Positions 27,109 through 36,659 of a stretch of DNA of 64,000 nucleotides are shown in pieces. Source of the DNA: Candidatus Zixiibacteriota bacterium (GTDB taxonomy: Bacteria > Zixibacteria > MSB-5A5 > GN15 > FEB-12); NCBI GenBank assembly GCA_024280215.1, contig JAJRQO010000021.1:27827-91826 (forward strand). The letters are read 5' to 3'. The notes below the pieces were generated by a model. That model saw nothing but the letters and a program-made list of their open reading frames with translations. It searched no databases and had not been told where the DNA came from. The position numbers were made by a program, and so were the translations under genes. Each line of letters starts with the position of its first letter. Within the stretch, counting starts at the first letter, position 1.

Positions 27109-29796
27109 TTAGAAGTTAAATTCTAACCCAGTACGGACAGTTCGGGGTCTTGAATAGTGTGAAGGATCTTTATCAAATAGCCTATCAAAATAGTCTACTT
27201 GCTCTTGTGTTACACCTGCGTTAAGATTTGGTGATACTGCTTGACCATCATAGTCAGGTCTTCCAGTATTGGTATAGACATCTATAATATTTCGTTTATC
27301 AAACAAGTTATCTACTTCTACGAAGAATGACATTTTGTTTCTATTTTTGTTAACGCTAAAGTGTTTTATAAATTTCATATCAACAGTATAGTTGGATGGT
27401 AGACGCCCCTCATTTCTGTCGCCAATTCGATTTTTTAGTGAATCAGTAATCGTATATGGCAACCCAGAGCCATAGTTACCTACAAACCCAATCCCCCAAT
27501 TAGTAGGGACTTGTACACCAAATAACTTCGTTTCATAGTTTTTAGGAACTCTAAAATCTATAACTGCTGTTAATGTATGACGTTGGTCATAATCAAGTGG
27601 AAATTCAGAGACTGGTGCGATAGTATCAACAGAAGATGTCAAGTAACTATAATAAGGTTCGTAGACACTTGAACCAATACCATTAGCTATCATATACCCA
27701 TAAGATAATGATGCATTCAACAAACCATTACCTGGCAATCTTTCAATCTGTACATCAATTCCCTTTGAAGAGCCATATGCTTCATTTTGAAAAGATGTGA
27801 TAACGTCTGTAGGTTTAGTTGAAAAACCAGGATTGATAGTTGTTACTAAATCCTGAATATCTTTTTGATAAACTGTTATATCAACACGAACATCTTCTGA
27901 AAGCAGGTGATTTAAACCAAGCTCATACGATGTTGTCCGTTCAGGTTTTAGATTTGGATTACCCAATAATGGGAATCCAGTACCAGTGGTATTACCTTCT
28001 AAATTAGTATACAAATAAGTAAATCGTGGTATTTGATAATATAAACCGTAGTTAAAATGCATCACAGAATATTCATTTATAGGGAATGACACACCAAAAC
28101 GAGGTGAAATATTCGAAGTACTATTTGCAGTTGTATAACCTATTGGTCCTCTTGACTCATCAAGATTCATATATGAAATATCATCATTGCGATAATCATA
28201 TCTTATTCCCAAGTTAATCACATAAAAATCGTATTCAATTTTATCCTGGGCGAACATTGAGAAATACAATGGTTTAGAATCATATTTTTCACCATACGGT
28301 TGATTATTGAAAAATTGTTTGAAATCCCAATCAATATCATAAGAACGATATTCAAAACCTGCCTTCAACTGATGACTTTTGTTTACCTGATTGACAACAC
28401 TCAGATGGAATGAATTATATTTTGATTCTCTGTTTCTATAGGTTGGATTATAATCATTGGCAGTTGTAAAACCAACTCTCTCGGATGGATTAGTATAGTC
28501 AATTATTGCTCTGTAATTTTCGTCTTGGATAGTTCCATTATAGACACCATTAGAATCTTCAGAATATCCAGCCCACTCACTCCAATGAGAATCAAAAAGA
28601 TGTTCAGGAGCTGATTTGGTATAAGTATAAAACTGGCTAAATCGTGCGGAGATAATCATTTTTTCGTTCATATAGTAGTTTCCTGAAAGACCAATGAGAT
28701 ATGCTTTTTTTTCAAAGACTGGAAGTCCATCAAGGTTGAAATCATAGGAAACACTATTTACATCACGATGTTCATACACTTCACCACCTGATTTAAAATA
28801 TGTAAGGTTTGAGACTAACCGCAATTTAGATGTAGGCTGTAGTGAAAATTTTGACGTTCCAGTATATGAAGCAACTCCACTATGGGGAAGAGAACCTGGG
28901 TCATGTAAATATTCGCCCGCAAATGAAAAGTTATTTGAACGCTCATTTAAATATGGTACAGGTCCAGAAAACAATAATGATGCTGACCGATTTCCATTTC
29001 TATTTAAACCTTCCCAATCGCCATTATACAAGTTGTACGAATGAGTCATGCCTTCATATAATTTGATAGAACCTTTATAGTCAGAACCACCCTCACGAGT
29101 AACAGCACTAACAACTCCAGACAATGCTTCACCATATTCAGCAGTATAACCACCAGATGTTAGAGAAAGTTCTGACAAAGCATTTGGCATAATCCGAATA
29201 CCAGAACTTGCAACAAATGGATCCTGAATTGAGAAACCATCAAAGTAATATGAAACTTGTCCTGATCTTCCTCCACGAACATGCAAACCTTCATCACGGC
29301 CTATTACAACACCTGGGTAATTTGTTAATACAGATTGTACTGATACAATATTAGGAAGTTGCTCTAATTTATCCGCAGTAAAAATCACTTTTGATGCGGT
29401 CAAATCTTTTTGAATAACGGGGTTATCAGCAAACACTTCAACCCGTTTTGCTAAATCAATTGTCTTTTCGTCTACTTCGAAATCGACAGGAGTAGTCAAG
29501 TCAACTAATACTCGCACTTCAATTTTAACCATAGTTTCAAAACCGACGGATGTAACAGACACATCATATTTACCACTTGGAATATTAATAATAAAATACT
29601 CCCCATCCATATCAGTTTGTGTTACAATATTCGTTCCTACTACACGAACAGTAGCCCCTACGACTGGTTCACTAAATTTAGAATCCAGAACAATTCCAGA
29701 AACTTTACCTGTTACACCAGCATTGATTTGAGAAGTTAAAAAACACAATAGTATAGGTACTATGTACAATGTTAACTTCTTAAATTGATTAATCAA
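27109..29796 (-). CDS. TonB-dependent outer-membrane receptor with N-terminal carboxypeptidase-regulatory-like domain
   Basis: 895 aa. CarbopepD_reg-like segment GKVSGIVLD...TDMDGEYFIINIPSGKYDVSV, a plug region, and a C-terminal barrel ending TGLEFNF. Confidence 0.85.
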   Translation of the reverse strand: MINQFKKLTLYIVPILLCFLTSQINAGVTGKVSGIVLDSKFSEPVVGATVRVVGTNIVTQTDMDGEYFIINIPSGKYDVSVTSVGFETMVKIEVRVLVDLTTPVDFEVDEKTIDLAKRVEVFADNPVIQKDLTASKVIFTADKLEQLPNIVSVQSVLTNYPGVVIGRDEGLHVRGGRSGQVSYYFDGFSIQDPFVASSGIRIMPNALSELSLTSGGYTAEYGEALSGVVSAVTREGGSDYKGSIKLYEGMTHSYNLYNGDWEGLNRNGNRSASLLFSGPVPYLNERSNNFSFAGEYLHDPGSLPHSGVASYTGTSKFSLQPTSKLRLVSNLTYFKSGGEVYEHRDVNSVSYDFNLDGLPVFEKKAYLIGLSGNYYMNEKMIISARFSQFYTYTKSAPEHLFDSHWSEWAGYSEDSNGVYNGTIQDENYRAIIDYTNPSERVGFTTANDYNPTYRNRESKYNSFHLSVVNQVNKSHQLKAGFEYRSYDIDWDFKQFFNNQPYGEKYDSKPLYFSMFAQDKIEYDFYVINLGIRYDYRNDDISYMNLDESRGPIGYTTANSTSNISPRFGVSFPINEYSVMHFNYGLYYQIPRFTYLYTNLEGNTTGTGFPLLGNPNLKPERTTSYELGLNHLLSEDVRVDITVYQKDIQDLVTTINPGFSTKPTDVITSFQNEAYGSSKGIDVQIERLPGNGLLNASLSYGYMIANGIGSSVYEPYYSYLTSSVDTIAPVSEFPLDYDQRHTLTAVIDFRVPKNYETKLFGVQVPTNWGIGFVGNYGSGLPYTITDSLKNRIGDRNEGRLPSNYTVDMKFIKHFSVNKNRNKMSFFVEVDNLFDKRNIIDVYTNTGRPDYDGQAVSPNLNAGVTQEQVDYFDRLFDKDPSHYSRPRTVRTGLEFNF

Positions 29797-30151
29797 TTTG
29801 AAGCCTCCAAGTTTTCACTATTAAACTTAGTCATATTTAATTCTTTTTATATTTATAATTACATATTCTTAATTCAATTAAATTGATTTAATGCTTATCA
29901 CGCATATCGGCGATGGCTAATATTACTTAACCCATCTTTTGATTTTTTTAAAATAAGAAAATTATACATGAGTTGTATTTCAAAAATATGCATACTTGCT
30001 AAGAATGATTGGTTTTGTATATACGATAGATCTACTTATTTCTTTGTCAAGTTTCACGATAAACACCCGATAGATAAAACGATATAAAGCTTTTCTGTAA
30101 AATAAATAGTTCTATAAGTAATACAACTGAGAATAATGGACAAATTGCATT

Positions 30152-31105
30152 TTGATTATTAGACTAACAAAAATTCTACTATTAATATCATGCATCCTCA
30201 TTTGTTATAATGATATTGTTTATGCCGACAAACATGATATTATCATTTTGTCTGGTGATGAACTTACATCAACAAAGCGAACAGTTAAAGGTGCTACTAA
30301 AATCATCAACATTGAACACCCTTTAACTAAATTCACAAACTTTTTAGTGAAGAAAAACTCAGATCAAAATTTATCAATTGTAGATTCGATTATTGCTATA
30401 CAACCAAAACTGATTATTACTATTGGTTCAAACGCAACAAAACTTGCCCAGGAAAATTTTGATAAAATACCGATTGTATTTTCATCCGTTAAATATCCAG
30501 TTCTATCTGGATTTGTAAACTCAGTTACTAACCCTGGACACAATATTACAGGGGCATCAATTGATATTCCTGTTAAAATACAATTTGAAAAATTCAAACA
30601 AATTATACCAAATTTAAAAAAAATTGGTGTCCTCTACACTCAAAATACTGAAAGTTTAATTCCTCAAGCAAAAATCATAGCAAAAGAACACAACTTAGAA
30701 TTGATTGCTCTTAAAGTAAGCCATGAAAAAGAACTGCCACTAATGCTTGATTCACTCACCTCTCAAGTTCAAGGCATTTGGTCTGTGGCTGATCATAATT
30801 TGTTTAAACAAAAATCTACGCGTTACATTCTGATAAATACACTAAGAAAAAGAATCCCATTTATGGGGTTCTCAAAATATGTTGTAGAATCGGGAGCATT
30901 GTTTGCCCTTGATTTTGATTATAAGGCCGTTGGAAGACAAGCTGGAAATATTGTTAATAAAATTTTGGATGGTAAGAAACCATCTGCGATTAAAGTCACT
31001 ACCGCAGATGTCATCTGGTTCCATTATAACGAAAAGACAGCCGAAAGAATTAACATTGTCATTCCTGATGAGTTAGCTGCTGTTGCGAAGGAGGTATATA
31101 GATGA
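30152..31105 (+). CDS. Periplasmic substrate-binding protein, ABC_sub_bind (PF04392-like) family
   Basis: 317 aa, TTG start, signal peptide. KIGVLYTQNTESLIPQAK...VQGIWSVADHNLF is typical of the family. Its stop overlaps the kinase start (ATGA). Confidence 0.7.
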   Translation: MIIRLTKILLLISCILICYNDIVYADKHDIIILSGDELTSTKRTVKGATKIINIEHPLTKFTNFLVKKNSDQNLSIVDSIIAIQPKLIITIGSNATKLAQENFDKIPIVFSSVKYPVLSGFVNSVTNPGHNITGASIDIPVKIQFEKFKQIIPNLKKIGVLYTQNTESLIPQAKIIAKEHNLELIALKVSHEKELPLMLDSLTSQVQGIWSVADHNLFKQKSTRYILINTLRKRIPFMGFSKYVVESGALFALDFDYKAVGRQAGNIVNKILDGKKPSAIKVTTADVIWFHYNEKTAERINIVIPDELAAVAKEVYR

Positions 31106-32823
31106 TACATATCCTCCTTAACATACTAAAACCAAACAGTCTGCGTTTAAAACTTGTTTTACCTGTTGCTGGCCTTCTCGTCGTTACTATTTTTGGTTTC
31201 AGCATGTATCTAACCAAAAAACAATCAGATGGTTTCCGTAACGAACTCGAAACCAGTGGCGAAGCAATGATTCGTATGCTCTCGACTTCGGTTGAAACTG
31301 GTATTCTTTTTGGTTCATCATACGAAATCGATGATGCCATGAAAATTCTAATTCCATTTAATAATATCGAGTATGCTGAGGTCATAAATTCTGACAATGA
31401 AATTTTAGCAAATATTGGTGAATGGAACGACAGTTTAATTATTTCACAAGTTAAAAGTGAAAAATCAATGAGTGAAGAAGACCGTAGCTTCTGTGAAAAC
31501 TTTTATGTTTATAATCAAGATGGTGAAGATTTCTTAATTATGCAATATCCCGTATTCTATGCTGAAGAAGAATTAAGTAGAGAAAACTTAGGATTAACTG
31601 GTGGTTTAGACAACATCGACGACGCAAATGCTAATTCAGAAATTATTGGTAATGTAAAAATTATCTTCTCTCTGGAAAATGTAAACAACGCCACAAGTGA
31701 AGCAAGAAATGCTGCCTTCATACTATCAATTATCATATCTGTGATAGCAATTATCATATTAGCATTCTTTGTCAGGTTAATTATCGCACCAATTAAAAAA
31801 ATGGTTGATGCAACTACGTTGATTAGTCAAGGTAATTTAAATCAGCAAATAAATATTAAACGAAACGATGAAATCGGTCAATTGGCAAAATCTTTTGACA
31901 TGATGGTTGACTCGCTCAAATTATCACGTTCGGAAATTGAAAATTACAATAAAACTCTTGAAGAGAAAATCATTGAACGTACGATTGAACTTGAGGATGC
32001 CCAAGCACAGCTTATTCAATCTGAAAAACTTGGAGCAATCGGACAACTTGCTGCTGGTGTAGCACATGAGTTGAATAATCCATTAGGTGGGATATTAGGA
32101 TACGCTCAATTTACACTTGAAAAACTCAAAAAGAGAGATATTGAATCTACTACACAAAAAGATTTAACAAGTTATACGAAATATCTAACTGATATTGAAA
32201 AACAAGCAAGACGTTGTAAAAACATTGTACAAAATTTACTTAGATTCTCTCGTTCCTCTAAAACTACTGAGTTTATTGATGTAAGCATTAATTCTGTCAT
32301 CGAAGATACATGTACATTTGTCGAACATCAATTACATATGAATCAGATGATTCTAAAAATTAACCTGGATGATAAACTACCGCTTATTCAGGCAAATGCT
32401 GGACAACTTCAACAAGTCTTTACAAATTTAATTATAAATGCAATGCATGCTTCAAAACCTGATACTGAGATTGAAGTTAAAACAAGATTTAGCCCACCAT
32501 TAGGTGAGTTCGATGGTGCTATAGAAATTTCTTGTATTGACCAAGGTTCAGGAATTGCATCCTCTGATATAAAGAAAATTTTTGAACCATTCTTTACGAC
32601 GAAAGATGTTGGAAAAGGTACTGGATTAGGACTTTCTGTAAGTTATGGAATTATTAAAGAACATGGTGGTGAGATTAAAGTTGATTCACAGATTGGAAAA
32701 GGCACTAATTTCACTATAATAATACCTCTTCAGAAACAATCCGAACAGACCGATATAAAAGATAGCGAATATATTAACAACTTTGAAGAAAACATGTCAC
32801 AAAAGATTGAAATTAAAAAATGA
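31102..32823 (+). CDS. Membrane sensor histidine kinase (periplasmic domain, HAMP, HisKA, HATPase_c)
   Basis: 573 aa. Two TM helices, HAMP (NDEIGQLAKSFDMMV), H-box AGVAHELNNPL, and N/G boxes. Confidence 0.9.
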   Translation: MIHILLNILKPNSLRLKLVLPVAGLLVVTIFGFSMYLTKKQSDGFRNELETSGEAMIRMLSTSVETGILFGSSYEIDDAMKILIPFNNIEYAEVINSDNEILANIGEWNDSLIISQVKSEKSMSEEDRSFCENFYVYNQDGEDFLIMQYPVFYAEEELSRENLGLTGGLDNIDDANANSEIIGNVKIIFSLENVNNATSEARNAAFILSIIISVIAIIILAFFVRLIIAPIKKMVDATTLISQGNLNQQINIKRNDEIGQLAKSFDMMVDSLKLSRSEIENYNKTLEEKIIERTIELEDAQAQLIQSEKLGAIGQLAAGVAHELNNPLGGILGYAQFTLEKLKKRDIESTTQKDLTSYTKYLTDIEKQARRCKNIVQNLLRFSRSSKTTEFIDVSINSVIEDTCTFVEHQLHMNQMILKINLDDKLPLIQANAGQLQQVFTNLIINAMHASKPDTEIEVKTRFSPPLGEFDGAIEISCIDQGSGIASSDIKKIFEPFFTTKDVGKGTGLGLSVSYGIIKEHGGEIKVDSQIGKGTNFTIIIPLQKQSEQTDIKDSEYINNFEENMSQKIEIKK

Positions 32824-33182
32824 GCAAAAAAACTATTTTAATAGTCGACGATGAAGAAGTAATCAGAGAATTCCTAACAGAAGTTCTCTCTGAAGAATTT
32901 TTTGTATCTACTGCGACTGACGGTGATGAGGCAATTGAACAACTGACCCACAAGCAATTTGACCTCGTCATTACAGATATGAAAATGGAAAGAGTCCAAG
33001 GTGAAGAAGTTGTTAAATTCACTAAAGAAACTTATCCAACTTCAGAAGTTATTGTTATTTCTGGTTATTCTAGTCTGTACAGCGTTGGACAAACAGTGAA
33101 TAGCGGTGCATTCGCATTTCTTTCAAAACCATTTAGTATTAAAGAGCTCATGAATACTGTTAATGAAGCTGTTGGAATGTAG
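32820..33182 (+). CDS. Single-domain response regulator (receiver only)
   Basis: 120 aa. ILIVDDEE, acceptor DLVITDMKM, LSKPF. Confidence 0.9.
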   Translation: MSKKTILIVDDEEVIREFLTEVLSEEFFVSTATDGDEAIEQLTHKQFDLVITDMKMERVQGEEVVKFTKETYPTSEVIVISGYSSLYSVGQTVNSGAFAFLSKPFSIKELMNTVNEAVGM

Positions 33183-33190
33183 GGGAAAAC

Positions 33191-33553
33191 ATGAGAATAT
33201 TAATAGTAGATGACTCCGAGATCATCCGAAATTTATTAGATGAATATCTCTCAGAACTTGGTCATCAAATAGAGTTTGCAGTAAACGGTCAAGAGGGTGT
33301 CGATAAAGCTTTAGAAAATAATTACGATATCATTTTCTGTGATATTCACATGCCTCGTAAAAATGGATACCTTGTTTTTAAAGAAATCAGAAAAGAAAAG
33401 AATGAACAAATTTTTATTATGACAGATTCTCTACCAGATTCTTTAGCTGAACAAGCTGAAAGTGAAGGTGCATGGTGTGTACTGACAAAACCGTTTGACT
33501 TAGATGAAATAAATAATATTTTAAATACAATTATTGAAAGAATACAGAACTAA
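33191..33553 (+). CDS. Single-domain response regulator (receiver only)
   Basis: 120 aa. ILIVDDSE, DIIFCDIHMP, LTKPF. Confidence 0.9.
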   Translation: MRILIVDDSEIIRNLLDEYLSELGHQIEFAVNGQEGVDKALENNYDIIFCDIHMPRKNGYLVFKEIRKEKNEQIFIMTDSLPDSLAEQAESEGAWCVLTKPFDLDEINNILNTIIERIQN

Positions 33554-35239
33554 ATGAGCTCTGAAAATAAAAATATTACTATCATGGTTGCTGATGACGA
33601 AGAGGTTGTTCTCTCTTTAGTCAGAGATACATTAGAAGATGAAGGATTTAACATAATCACCTCACTCGATAGTTATGAATGTCTTGCGGAATTCGACAAA
33701 CAACATATAGACATTCTAATTTCAGATATCAGAATGCCAAAGATGAACGGCATTGAACTTGTAAAAAAAGCAAAACTGAAACAACCAAATCTTGTCGTTG
33801 TTTTTATGACTGGCTATGCAAACTTAAATTCGGCTAAAGAAGCGATTACTCAAGGGGCATCTGACTATATCCTCAAACCATTTGAATTGATTGAAATGAG
33901 AAATGCGGTTGAAAAAGCCGTCGCTCAATTACAAAAAGAATCTAATTCTAAAAACTCTGACGAACAGCTTGACCATTTAAGTAACTTAAACGAAATGCAT
34001 TTAGTTGGCGATAAATCATCGCAAATTAAAATGTCATTAAAATTTACGGTCACACACTCAAAAGCTAAACATGGCTCATTTCTATACTGGAATAGCGACC
34101 AAACTGAATTTAAAATGATTTCTATCAATGGAGATCAAATTGTTGAAAAAGATTTACCAACTGATATTTTAAATAATGTTGTTTCTGCAACAGATTTTTC
34201 AGAATTAGAACAACCAAAAATTATTAATTCACTATATCAACATCCATTTTTAAAAAGTAATTCAACTGAAGCTCGTGAATTTGTGGTACCTTGCTGGTAT
34301 TCAGATGATTCACCAATGGTAATGGTGCGTGTGAATCGCTCATTACTTTTATATGGAATTTTAATGATTAACGCACCTGTTGAATCAACAACAATGATTA
34401 AATCAAATTTGAAATTTCTTTCTATCACCGCTCAACAATTAGCTTTATCACTTGAAAATATTGACTTATTAGAAAAATCACAATCTGCGTATCATAAACT
34501 TAAAGAATTACAAGATGAAACAATTCAACTTGAAAAGATGGCTACCAAAGGTGAGATGTCTGCTGAAATCGGACATGAATTAAATAATTTCTTAGGTGTA
34601 GTTGCGGGAAGCTTGTCGCTTCTGGATTATCAAATTAAACAAAAGAAATATGACAAGTTAGATAAACATTTAATCGCTATGCATGACAATATTGGAAAAA
34701 TAAAAAAATTCACCAGTAATTTAATGGAATTACGTCCAATTTCCACTAAGAACGAAATTATGTTCTTCAATAAATTGCTTACAGAAGTAATAGATTATCT
34801 AAAACCACAAAAAAGATATCAAGGTGTTACGATCAATTTTAAGCCATGTCAGCAACAAATTCCGTTCCATGCTGATACGCTTCATATCCAACAACTTCTT
34901 TACAATTTATTTAACAATGCTGCCGATGCAATGCTTGATACGACGGAAAAACAAATCAATGTAACCTCAAGTATTGATACAGATAAAAACAGATTTGAAA
35001 TTTCTATAAGCGATACAGGTGAGGGAATTTCTCAAGATAATATAGAAAAAGCCTTTTCGGAAAAATTCACAACCAAAAAAACAGGACATGGTTTTGGATT
35101 ATTAGTTTGTAAAAGAATCATCGAAAGCCACCAAGGGGAATTACATATAGATTCGACAGTTGGTCTTGGTACCACAATCTCTATAGAATTCCCACTCGCA
35201 AATTCATCAACACTTCAAGAGCTTGAATTAATTTCTTAA
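33554..35239 (+). CDS. Hybrid receiver / GAF-like / histidine kinase
   Basis: 561 aa. N-terminal REC (VADDEE, DILISDIRMP, KPF), a central uncharacterised region, H-box EIGHELNNFL, and HATPase motifs (NNAADAM, DTGEGI, GHGFGL). Confidence 0.85.
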   Translation: MSSENKNITIMVADDEEVVLSLVRDTLEDEGFNIITSLDSYECLAEFDKQHIDILISDIRMPKMNGIELVKKAKLKQPNLVVVFMTGYANLNSAKEAITQGASDYILKPFELIEMRNAVEKAVAQLQKESNSKNSDEQLDHLSNLNEMHLVGDKSSQIKMSLKFTVTHSKAKHGSFLYWNSDQTEFKMISINGDQIVEKDLPTDILNNVVSATDFSELEQPKIINSLYQHPFLKSNSTEAREFVVPCWYSDDSPMVMVRVNRSLLLYGILMINAPVESTTMIKSNLKFLSITAQQLALSLENIDLLEKSQSAYHKLKELQDETIQLEKMATKGEMSAEIGHELNNFLGVVAGSLSLLDYQIKQKKYDKLDKHLIAMHDNIGKIKKFTSNLMELRPISTKNEIMFFNKLLTEVIDYLKPQKRYQGVTINFKPCQQQIPFHADTLHIQQLLYNLFNNAADAMLDTTEKQINVTSSIDTDKNRFEISISDTGEGISQDNIEKAFSEKFTTKKTGHGFGLLVCKRIIESHQGELHIDSTVGLGTTISIEFPLANSSTLQELELIS

Positions 35240-35811
35240 AATTTACGACTTCCTCGTTGAGTCAACTCTTCCCCTTTAGCACACATCGGACAATCAGCGA
35301 CTTCCCAACTGTCAGCATCAACTGAAGTTAAAGCATAAAACGGATAATCAAATTTTACTTTACCGTTAGATCTATCAAGCATAAGTCCAATCCCGACAAT
35401 TTCCGCTTCATATTTATTACATAATTCAATCACTTCAAAAATCGAACGTCCCGTAGTCAAGACATCATCAACGATTACAACTTTTTGACCTTTTTCAAGT
35501 GAGAAACCACGTTTAAAAACCCGTCCTCCCTCATCACCTGCTTCAGCATAAATTGATTCAATCCCCATATAGCGAGCAACATCATAAGCTATAATAATTC
35601 CACCAGTAGTAGGTCCGACAATAGTTACAGGGTTTGCCTCTTTAAATTGGTTCGCCATCTGCTCACACATTTTTGTACAAATTTCAGGCTGTTTTAAAAG
35701 CGTAAATTTTTCATAATAAACATCTGAATGTCTGCCAGAAGTTAGTTTAAAATGTCCTGTCAATAAGGCATTGGAATCTTTAAATAATTGTAAAATTTCA
35801 TTTGAGTTCAT
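35236..35811 (-). CDS. pyrE: Orotate phosphoribosyltransferase
   Basis: 191 aa. PRPP-binding motif VVIVDDVLTTGRS. Confidence 0.9.
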   Translation of the reverse strand: MNSNEILQLFKDSNALLTGHFKLTSGRHSDVYYEKFTLLKQPEICTKMCEQMANQFKEANPVTIVGPTTGGIIIAYDVARYMGIESIYAEAGDEGGRVFKRGFSLEKGQKVVIVDDVLTTGRSIFEVIELCNKYEAEIVGIGLMLDRSNGKVKFDYPFYALTSVDADSWEVADCPMCAKGEELTQRGSRKF

Positions 35812-36179
35812 TTTTCCTCCGAAAATATTGCTACCGCTGCAGCAACTGATTTTTCATGGGTTATAGAAATAAAACATGTTGCCTTCACTTTGTCCAAAAT
35901 TTCATCAGATAAACAAAGTTCAGGTTGACCAGTCGAGTCGTTTACTATTTGAATCTCTGGCAATGTTGGTTTGTCTGTAAGAAATTTCCCTAAGGCTTTT
36001 ATGACTGCTTCTTTAGCAGCAAACCGACCAGAGAGAAATTGTGCTTTATCTTTTCGTTTTTCATACTGTTGAATTTCAAGGGAACCTAAAATACGATTAA
36101 CAAACCGTTCTCCGTATTTATCAACATCTGCTTTGATTCTACTGATTTCTACAACATCTAATCCGATTGATTTTATCAT
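35808..36179 (-). CDS. acpS: Holo-[acyl-carrier-protein] synthase
   Basis: 123 aa. GLDVVEISRI ... FAAKEAVIKA. Confidence 0.9.
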   Translation of the reverse strand: MIKSIGLDVVEISRIKADVDKYGERFVNRILGSLEIQQYEKRKDKAQFLSGRFAAKEAVIKALGKFLTDKPTLPEIQIVNDSTGQPELCLSDEILDKVKATCFISITHEKSVAAAVAIFSEEK

Positions 36180-36249
36180 CTTTTATCAACTTTTATCGTT
36201 CTATCAATTCAATATTCTTTTTGTTAAAATTATAACTTTTATTCAAACC

Positions 36250-36324
36250 TTTCGACTCCGCTAAGATTGACTTGAATAAGAATAACTATAATCTGTCAAA
36301 CTGAGCGGAGTCGAAGTATGCTCA
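36250..36324 (+). repeat. Hairpin repeat, family 1, full copy
   Basis: ttcgactccgctaag ... ctgagcggagtcgaagtatgctc. Homologous along its length to 11531-11606. Confidence 0.85.
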
Positions 36325-36437
36325 AAGTATAGATATTCTTCCAACAACTCCGCATCCAACATATAATAAAAACTACAATTTATCAATAGATAGAATTAAA
36401 AGTTGCAATTGTAACAAAATAATTATATTTTATAACA

Positions 36438-36607
36438 GGAGAGAATGATGCAATTTGAAATTCTCTAACACTTAATTAATGAAGGTCGCCTCTTTTGTGG
36501 TGCGTTCTCGCCGTAATCCTTTTGGTAGCGAAACTATAAACATAAAAGTGACTTTAAATCCTTTACCTTATTCGTAAGGGAGTTTTTCAAATAGCAGACC
36601 TCTCTCC
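36438..36607 (+). ncRNA. Candidate structured small RNA (6S-like long closing helix; identity unverified)
   Basis: A sigma70-like promoter lies upstream (TTGCAA 36403-36408, then TATTTT at a 17-nt spacer or TATATT at 15 nt). The 5' GGAGAGA..AUUUGAAA can pair with the 3' UUUCAAAU..UCUCUCC. There is an internal CCUUA-UUCG-UAAGG tetraloop hairpin. An intrinsic terminator follows immediately, and no plus-strand gene lies downstream. Confidence 0.4.
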
Positions 36608-36610
36608 AAT

Positions 36611-36640
36611 AAAAAAACCCGCTTTTAGCGGGTTTTTTGT
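36611..36640. terminator. Bidirectional intrinsic terminator (rho on minus, candidate sRNA on plus)
   Basis: aaaaaaaaCCCGCttttaGCGGGtttttt: an A-run and a T-run flank a GC stem. Confidence 0.8.
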
Positions 36641-36659
36641 AGATATCGTCTAAATCTGA

